Shown: positions 26,609-32,000 of the stretch, in pieces
How the letters are laid out: every line of letters starts with the position of its first letter
How positions within the stretch are numbered: position 1 is the stretch's first letter
The notes under the pieces: generated by a model
The model's input: the letters and a program-made list of their open reading frames with translations, nothing else
Told to the model about the DNA's origin: nothing
Databases searched by the model: none
Translations under genes and position numbers: made by a program
Assembly (NCBI RefSeq): GCF_000284115.1
Contig: NC_017080.1
Location: 150,001-182,000 of the forward strand
From: Phycisphaera mikurensis NBRC 102666
GTDB taxonomy: Bacteria; Planctomycetota; Phycisphaerae; Phycisphaerales; Phycisphaeraceae
DNA length: 32,000 nt
Direction: 5' to 3'

Positions 26609-29578
26609 ATGGCCCGCAGAAAGAAGCCCAGCAGCCCCAAGCCCGTCGTCGCGCACCGCCACACGGACGCGACGCGGCGGAACATCCCCACGGCGGAGAT
26701 GGAGCCGGTGATGGTGCGGGAGGAGGCCGCACCGAAGGACGTGAAGTACGCCCGGAATCAGCCCGGCGAGGAGGTGCGGGAGGCGATCGAGGCGCGGGAG
26801 CCGGGGCTGGACCCGCAGCTGGTGTGGCGGGGCAAGGACACGCGGCCGTTCTCGGAGCTGGTCGTCAAGGCCCCGCCGCTGTTCATCCAGGAGAAGGTGC
26901 ACCCGCGGGTGCTGGTGGAGGACCTGCGGCGGCAGACCGAGCAGGCGCGGATGGCGAAGGAGATCGCCGGCGGCGGCAGGACCGTCGATGAACAGATCGA
27001 CCTGTTCGCCGACTTCAACGGGCTGCCCGAGGACCCCGACGCCCGGACCGACTTCTACCACCACGACCAGCACTGGTCCAACCGGATGATCCTCGGCGAC
27101 TCGCTGCAGGTGATGGCCTCGCTCGCGGAGCGGGAGGGCCTCCGCGGGAAGGTGCAGGCGATCTACTTCGACCCGCCCTACGGGATCAAGTTCAACAGCA
27201 ACTTCCAGTGGAGCACCACCAGCCGCGACGTGAAGGACGGCAACGCGGAGCACATCACCCGCGACCCCGAGCAGGTCAAGGCCTTCCGCGACACGTGGGA
27301 GGACGGGATCCACAGCTACCTCACCTACCTGCGCGACCGGCTGACCGCCGCGCGGGACCTGCTGACCGAGAGCGGGAGCATCTTCGTGCAGATCGGGGAT
27401 GAGAACGTGCACCGGGTGCGGTGCCTCATGGACGACATCTTTGGCGAGAGCAACTTCCTAGCGTCCATCGGATTCACAAAAACTTCCGTTGGTCTTCAGG
27501 CATCATCTCGAGTCGCCCTAATCTTTGATTCCATTCTTTGGTATTCGAAGGATGAAGGCAAGGGTAAGTTTCGACGTCTGCTAGATCACAAAGGCGAAGG
27601 CTTCGACTCGCAGTATTCGCTTTATCTTGAAGATGATGGGAGCGCACGTGGTCTAACTCCGGAGGAGAAAGACAGCTTCCCCGATAGCATTGACGTCAAT
27701 CGAGTTCTCCAAGCAGATAACCTGACGAAGCCTGGCCCTGGCGCGAAGTATCAAGTTCATTTTCGCGGACAAACTTTTGATCCGGGGAAGAGATGGTGGG
27801 GAACAACCGAAGATAACATGAACCGCCTTTTGAAAGCGGGGCGAGCAGTTATATCGGGAAAGTCTCTTCGATACGCTCGTTTCTTCTCCGATAGCAGGTA
27901 CGGGCAACTAAGCAATATCTGGACTGGGTATCTTGGTCAGAGTTCGCCCACATACGTGGTACAGACCAACACAGATGTAGTTGCCCGTTGCCTCCTCATG
28001 GCCACCGACCCCGGCGACCTCGTGCTCGACCCGACCTGCGGGTCGGGCACCACGGCCACCGTCGCCGAGCAGTGGGGCCGCCGGTGGATCACGATCGACA
28101 CCAGCCGCGTGGCGCTCGCGCTGGCGCGGGCGAGGGTCATGGGGGCCCGCTACCCGTACTACCTGCTGGCCGACTCGCCCGAGGGGGCGAGAAAGGAAGC
28201 CGAGGTCACCCGCTCGGAGGTCCGCTCCGCCCCGGCGGGCGGGCACCGCGACGACCTGAAGCGCGGCTTCGTCTACGAGCGGGTGCCGCACGTGACGCTC
28301 AAGTCGATCGCGAACAACAGCGAGATCGACGTGATCTGGGAGAACTTCCAGGAGACGCTGGAGCCGCTGCGGGAACAGCTCAACGAGGCGCTCGGGACCT
28401 CCTGGGAGGAGTGGGAGATCCCACGGACCTGGGAAGAAGCCGTTGCCCGGGTGCCACGCCCTCCAGGGGGTGGTGAAACCGGTTCCGCGGAAGAAGACCC
28501 ACCCCCTGGAGGGCGTGGCACCCAGGAGGCGGAGGAGCTGCACGCGTCGTGGTGGGAGGCGCGGATCGCGCGGCAGAGAGAGATCGACGCCTCCATCGCC
28601 GCCAAGGCCGACTCCGAGTTCCTCTACGACAAGCCCTATGAGGACCGAAAGAAGGTTCGCGTGGCCGGGCCCTTCACCGTGGAGAGCCTCTCACCGCACC
28701 GGATGCTCGGCACCGACGAGAACGGCGGCCCGGTGGACTACGCCCCGGATGCCGCCTCCGCGGGATCCGCCGCCGTCGCGGCGGGGGACTTCAGTTCGAT
28801 GATCCTCTCGAACCTCCGCTCCGCGGGGGTGCAGCAGGCGGACAAGGGGGACCGCATCGAGTTCGACTCGCTGGAGCCGTGGCCGGGGAAGATGATCGCC
28901 GCCGAGGGCCGGTACACCCGCGACGGGAAGACCCGCCGGCTCGCGGTGCTCATCGGCCCGGAGTTCGGTGCCCTCCGCCAGAACGACCTGACCGTCGCCG
29001 CCGTCGAGGCCGCCGAGAGCGGCTTCGACGGCCTGCTCGCCTGCGGCTTCGCCTACGAGGCCAACACCAGCGACCTCACGCGCGTCGGCCGCATCGACGT
29101 CATCAAGGCCCGCATGAACGCGGACCTGCACATGGCGGACCTGAAGAACACCGGCGCCGGCAACCTGTTCGTCGTCTTCGGCGAGCCCGACATCGAGGTG
29201 CTGCCCCCGGAGGACGCGCCCGACGGTGCCGACCCCGCCGACTACGACGCCATCCGCGTCCGCGTCCGCGGGGTGGACGTGTTCGATCCGAAAACAGGAA
29301 AAGTCCGCAGCGACTCGGCGGACGGCATCGCCTGCTGGTTCGTCGACACCGACTACAACCAGGAGAGCTTCTTCGTGCGGCAGGCGTACTTCCTGGGCGC
29401 CGGCGACCCGTACAAGAGTCTGAAGACCACGCTGAAGGCCGAGATCGACCGCGACGCGTGGGAGACGCTGAACTCCGACGTGAGCCGGGCGTTCCCCAAG
29501 CCGGAGGGCGGCCGCATCGCCGTGAAGGTCATCAACCACCTCGGCGACGAGGCGCTGAAGGTGTTTCGGGTGGGGTGA
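26609..29578 (+). CDS. Large site-specific DNA (adenine-N6/cytosine-N4) methyltransferase, beta-class motif order
   Basis: Catalytic IYFDPPYGIKFNSNFQWSTTSRDV, then a variable region, then SAM-binding DLVLDPTCGSGTTATVAEQWGRRWITIDTSR. DPPY before FxGxG-like is beta-class order as in type III Mod. Confidence 0.93.
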   Translation: MARRKKPSSPKPVVAHRHTDATRRNIPTAEMEPVMVREEAAPKDVKYARNQPGEEVREAIEAREPGLDPQLVWRGKDTRPFSELVVKAPPLFIQEKVHPRVLVEDLRRQTEQARMAKEIAGGGRTVDEQIDLFADFNGLPEDPDARTDFYHHDQHWSNRMILGDSLQVMASLAEREGLRGKVQAIYFDPPYGIKFNSNFQWSTTSRDVKDGNAEHITRDPEQVKAFRDTWEDGIHSYLTYLRDRLTAARDLLTESGSIFVQIGDENVHRVRCLMDDIFGESNFLASIGFTKTSVGLQASSRVALIFDSILWYSKDEGKGKFRRLLDHKGEGFDSQYSLYLEDDGSARGLTPEEKDSFPDSIDVNRVLQADNLTKPGPGAKYQVHFRGQTFDPGKRWWGTTEDNMNRLLKAGRAVISGKSLRYARFFSDSRYGQLSNIWTGYLGQSSPTYVVQTNTDVVARCLLMATDPGDLVLDPTCGSGTTATVAEQWGRRWITIDTSRVALALARARVMGARYPYYLLADSPEGARKEAEVTRSEVRSAPAGGHRDDLKRGFVYERVPHVTLKSIANNSEIDVIWENFQETLEPLREQLNEALGTSWEEWEIPRTWEEAVARVPRPPGGGETGSAEEDPPPGGRGTQEAEELHASWWEARIARQREIDASIAAKADSEFLYDKPYEDRKKVRVAGPFTVESLSPHRMLGTDENGGPVDYAPDAASAGSAAVAAGDFSSMILSNLRSAGVQQADKGDRIEFDSLEPWPGKMIAAEGRYTRDGKTRRLAVLIGPEFGALRQNDLTVAAVEAAESGFDGLLACGFAYEANTSDLTRVGRIDVIKARMNADLHMADLKNTGAGNLFVVFGEPDIEVLPPEDAPDGADPADYDAIRVRVRGVDVFDPKTGKVRSDSADGIACWFVDTDYNQESFFVRQAYFLGAGDPYKSLKTTLKAEIDRDAWETLNSDVSRAFPKPEGGRIAVKVINHLGDEALKVFRVG
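28449..28523. repeat. Perfect 25-bp inverted repeat with 25-bp loop, in frame inside the methyltransferase CDS
   Basis: Left arm gggtgccacgccctccagggggtgg (28449-28473); right arm ccaccccctggagggcgtggcaccc (28499-28523) is its exact reverse complement. Confidence 0.97.
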
Positions 29579-29626
29579 GGGACCTGTCGCAACCTGCCCA
29601 TCGTTTTCCCGGATCTCGGATAGTCG

Positions 29627-29657
29627 TGTACAGGTGTGTACAGGTGTTGATAACCTG
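29627..29657. promoter_or_regulatory. Candidate operator: two tandem 10-bp repeats GTGTACAGGT plus a related degenerate or inverted unit
   Basis: gtgtacaggt|gtgtacaggt|gttgataacct lies a few bp upstream of the ATPase start. TGTACA occurs twice with a 10-bp period, and AGGTgttgatAACCT forms a short imperfect dyad. Confidence 0.45.
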
Positions 29658-29662
29658 GTGCG

Positions 29663-30859
29663 GTGGACGCCGCCTCCAACCCTTTCGAGCCCGGTGCGGG
29701 CAACCAGCCGCCCGAGCTGGCAGGCCGGGACGAAGTGCGTGAGAAGGTGCGGATCGCGCTGGAGCGAGCCAAGCGTGGCCGCTCCGCCCGCGGGCTGATC
29801 CTGCCGGGCCTGCGTGGCGTGGGCAAGACGGTGCTGCTGCGGCAGATCGGCCGCGACGCGGCGGCCGCGGGCGGGGTGGTGGTGACGCTGGAGGCGCCGG
29901 AGCAGCGTTCCCTGCCGGCACTGCTGATCCCGCAGCTGCGGGTGGCGCTGCTGCAGCTCTCCCGCGTGGCCGCCGCGAAGGAACACGCGGAGCGGGCGAT
30001 GCGGGTGCTGACCGGCTTCACCCGGGCCCTGCGGGTCAAGTACCAGGACATCGAGGTCAGCCTCTCGGGCGAGGCCGAGGAGGGCTTCGGAGACAACGGT
30101 GACCTGGAGCAGGACCTGCAGACGTTGCTCGTGCAGGTGGGCGCCGCGGCCGCCGCGGCGAGGAAGCCGGTGCTGATCCTGATCGACGAGCTGCAGTACG
30201 TGAAGGTGACCGAGCTGGGCGCCCTGCTGTCCGCCAGCCACCGGCTCAGCCAGGAAGCGCTGCCGGTGATGCTGATCGGAGCGGGCCTGCCCCAGTTGCT
30301 CGCCCGCATGGCGAAGGCGAAGTCCTACGCGGAGCGGCTCTTCGAGTACCCGCGGGTCGATGCGCTGCCCGAGGAGGCCGCCCGCCGGGCGCTGGTGAAG
30401 CCCGCCGCGGACGAGGGAGCCGCCTTCGAGGAGGAAGCCCTCGCCGAGATCCTCCGCCAGACCCGCGGCTACCCGTACTTCCTCCAAGAGTGGGGCAAGC
30501 ACGCCTGGGACTTCGCCGAGCGGTCGCCGATCACGCTCGACGACGTGGTGGCCGCTTCGGCCGCGGCCGTCTTGGCGCTGGACGAGGGCTTCTTCCGCGT
30601 GCGGCTCGACCGCGTGACGCCGATGGAGCGGCGCTACCTCCGGGCCATGGCCGAGCTTGGAGAGGGGCCGCACCGCTCCGGCGACGTGGCCGAGCAGATG
30701 AACCGCTCGCTGGAATCGCTGGGTTCCACCCGAGACAAACTCATCCGCAAGGGGATGATCTGGAGCCCGGCGTACGCGGAGATCGCGTTCACGGTGCCGA
30801 TGTTCGACCGCTACCTGAAGCGGGTGATCCCGGACGCGGAGGCGGACGAAGAGCCGTGA
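29663..30859 (+). CDS. AAA ATPase, Orc1/Cdc6-like with C-terminal winged-helix-like region
   Basis: ELAGRDEVREKVRIALERAKRGRSARGLILPGLRGVGKTVLLRQIGRDAAAAGG (Walker A), PVLILIDELQYV (Walker B), LPVMLIGAGLPQL (sensor 1-like), RQTRGYPYFLQEWGKHAW, C-terminal LDRVTPMERRYLRAMAELG. GTG start. Confidence 0.88.
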   Translation: MDAASNPFEPGAGNQPPELAGRDEVREKVRIALERAKRGRSARGLILPGLRGVGKTVLLRQIGRDAAAAGGVVVTLEAPEQRSLPALLIPQLRVALLQLSRVAAAKEHAERAMRVLTGFTRALRVKYQDIEVSLSGEAEEGFGDNGDLEQDLQTLLVQVGAAAAAARKPVLILIDELQYVKVTELGALLSASHRLSQEALPVMLIGAGLPQLLARMAKAKSYAERLFEYPRVDALPEEAARRALVKPAADEGAAFEEEALAEILRQTRGYPYFLQEWGKHAWDFAERSPITLDDVVAASAAAVLALDEGFFRVRLDRVTPMERRYLRAMAELGEGPHRSGDVAEQMNRSLESLGSTRDKLIRKGMIWSPAYAEIAFTVPMFDRYLKRVIPDAEADEEP

Positions 30860-32000
30860 TCTTCCTCCTCGCCGACACGCTAACCCGAGCGCTCGCGAAG
30901 CTCACGAACCAGGAGCAGAAGCGGGTGAAGCTCACGTGCTTCCAGCTTCAAGTGGACCCCACCGGACACGGACTCCAGAAGCACCGAATCGACCATGGGA
31001 AGGACCCCAACTTCTGGTCGGCGCGTGTCAGCCGCGACCTCCGGCTGATCCTTCACCAGACGGGCAGCAGCCTCCTCGCGTGCTACGCCGGGCACCACGA
31101 CGACGCGTACGCGTGGGCGCAGCGCCGGCGGCTGGAGACGCACCCGCGGACGGGGGCGGCGCAGCTGGTGGAGGTGCGCGAAGCGGTGGAGGAAGCAAAT
31201 CCGCGGACCGTGGCCGAAAACGAGGAAACACCGCCACGGTCCGCGGATTCGGCGCCGGGAGTGCCGATCTTCCGGGGGGAGAGCGACGAGCGGCTGCTGT
31301 CCTTTGGCGTGCCGGAGGACTGGCTGCCCGACGTGAAGGCGGTGGTGGACGAGGACGCGCTGCTGGCCCTGGCCGACCGGCTGCCGGCGGAGGCGGCGGA
31401 GGCGCTCCTGTCGCTGGCGGTGGGCGAGGAGCCGGAAGTCACGCCGGCGACCGAGCCCGCTACGCCGGAGGAGGCCCTCGCCCACCCCGACGCTCGGCGC
31501 CGCTTCCACCTGATCGAGAACGATGCGGAGCTGGAGCGGGCCCTGGAGGCACCCGCCGACGGCTGGGCGGTGTTCCTGCACCCCAGCCAGCGGAGAATCG
31601 TCGACGCGACGCCGGCGGGGCCGACGCGGGTGGCCGGCTCGGCGGGCACGGGCAAGACGGTGGTGGCGCTGCACCGGGCGGCGCGGGTCCTGGCGCAGCG
31701 GCCCGAGGCCCGGGTGTTGCTCACAACCTTCGACCCGGTGCTGGCCCGGCAGCTGCGGCGGAAGATGAGCCTGCTGCTGGACGAGGACGCGAGGAAGCGG
31801 CTGGTGGTCAGGTCGCTCGACGACTTCGCGCTCGATCACCACGAGGCGGCAGTGGGCAGCGTGACCGTCGCCACCCGGGGCATGGTCCGCCGGGCGGTGG
31901 AGGACGCGCACGCGGGAGCTGCCCACGCGTTCCCGTGGCTCTCGCCGGAGCTGCTCGAGAGCGAGTGGCGGGACGTGGTGGACGCGTGGCAGATTGAGTC
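30856..32000 (+). CDS. RelE/ParE-like N-terminal domain fused to a UvrD/PcrA-family SF1 helicase, 3' end truncated by the window edge
   Basis: Manual translation from GTG at 30856 (GTGA overlap with the ATPase stop): MIFLLADTLTRALAKLTNQEQKRVKLTCFQLQVDPTGHGLQKHRIDHGKDPNFWSARVSRDLRLILHQTGSSLLACYAGHHDDAYAWAQRRRLETHP..., later FLHPSQRRIVDATPAGPTRVAGSAGTGKTVVALHRAARVLAQRPEARVLLTTFDPVLARQLRRKM. The frame is open to the window end. Confidence 0.88.
   Translation, partial: MIFLLADTLTRALAKLTNQEQKRVKLTCFQLQVDPTGHGLQKHRIDHGKDPNFWSARVSRDLRLILHQTGSSLLACYAGHHDDAYAWAQRRRLETHPRTGAAQLVEVREAVEEANPRTVAENEETPPRSADSAPGVPIFRGESDERLLSFGVPEDWLPDVKAVVDEDALLALADRLPAEAAEALLSLAVGEEPEVTPATEPATPEEALAHPDARRRFHLIENDAELERALEAPADGWAVFLHPSQRRIVDATPAGPTRVAGSAGTGKTVVALHRAARVLAQRPEARVLLTTFDPVLARQLRRKMSLLLDEDARKRLVVRSLDDFALDHHEAAVGSVTVATRGMVRRAVEDAHAGAAHAFPWLSPELLESEWRDVVDAWQIE
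31198..31249. repeat. 46-bp palindromic element, copy B, extended to 17-bp perfect arms, in frame in the helicase CDS
   Basis: Left aatccgcggaccgtggc (31198-31214); right gccacggtccgcggatt (31233-31249) is its exact reverse complement; 18-bp loop. Confidence 0.93.

Overview
High-GC bacterial chromosomal window. Gene content suggests a Phycisphaerae-like planctomycete, but that is inference only. The left two thirds is mostly ordinary chromosome: a GAF/SpoIIE-type phosphatase (runs off the left edge), glycosyltransferase 2, UDP-glucose dehydrogenase, MlaE-type permease, 5-FTHF cyclo-ligase, a Minf_1886-like protein, TPR proteins and dapB. A long minus-strand flagellar cluster follows (flgI-flgJ-flgN-flgK-flgL-fliW-csrA-flagellin), then agmatine deiminase, N-carbamoylputrescine amidase and a sulfatase. 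From about 21.6 kb to the right edge, five plus-strand genes form a candidate defence locus: a Res-like SF2 helicase with a C-terminal PD-(D/E)XK-like motif, an AlbA_2/RecG-like ATP-binding protein, a large beta-class DNA methyltransferase, an Orc1/Cdc6-like AAA ATPase, and a RelE/ParE-like domain fused to a UvrD-family helicase. The last gene runs off the window and is absent from the supplied ORF track. The most notable sequence structures are: a roughly 50% GC island confined to the probable target-recognition region of the methyltransferase; a perfect 25-bp inverted repeat in frame inside the same gene; a related 46-bp palindromic element found in a spacer and again in frame in the helicase linker; an 11-bp tandem repeat; and a tandem 10-bp TGTACA-containing motif just upstream of the AAA ATPase.
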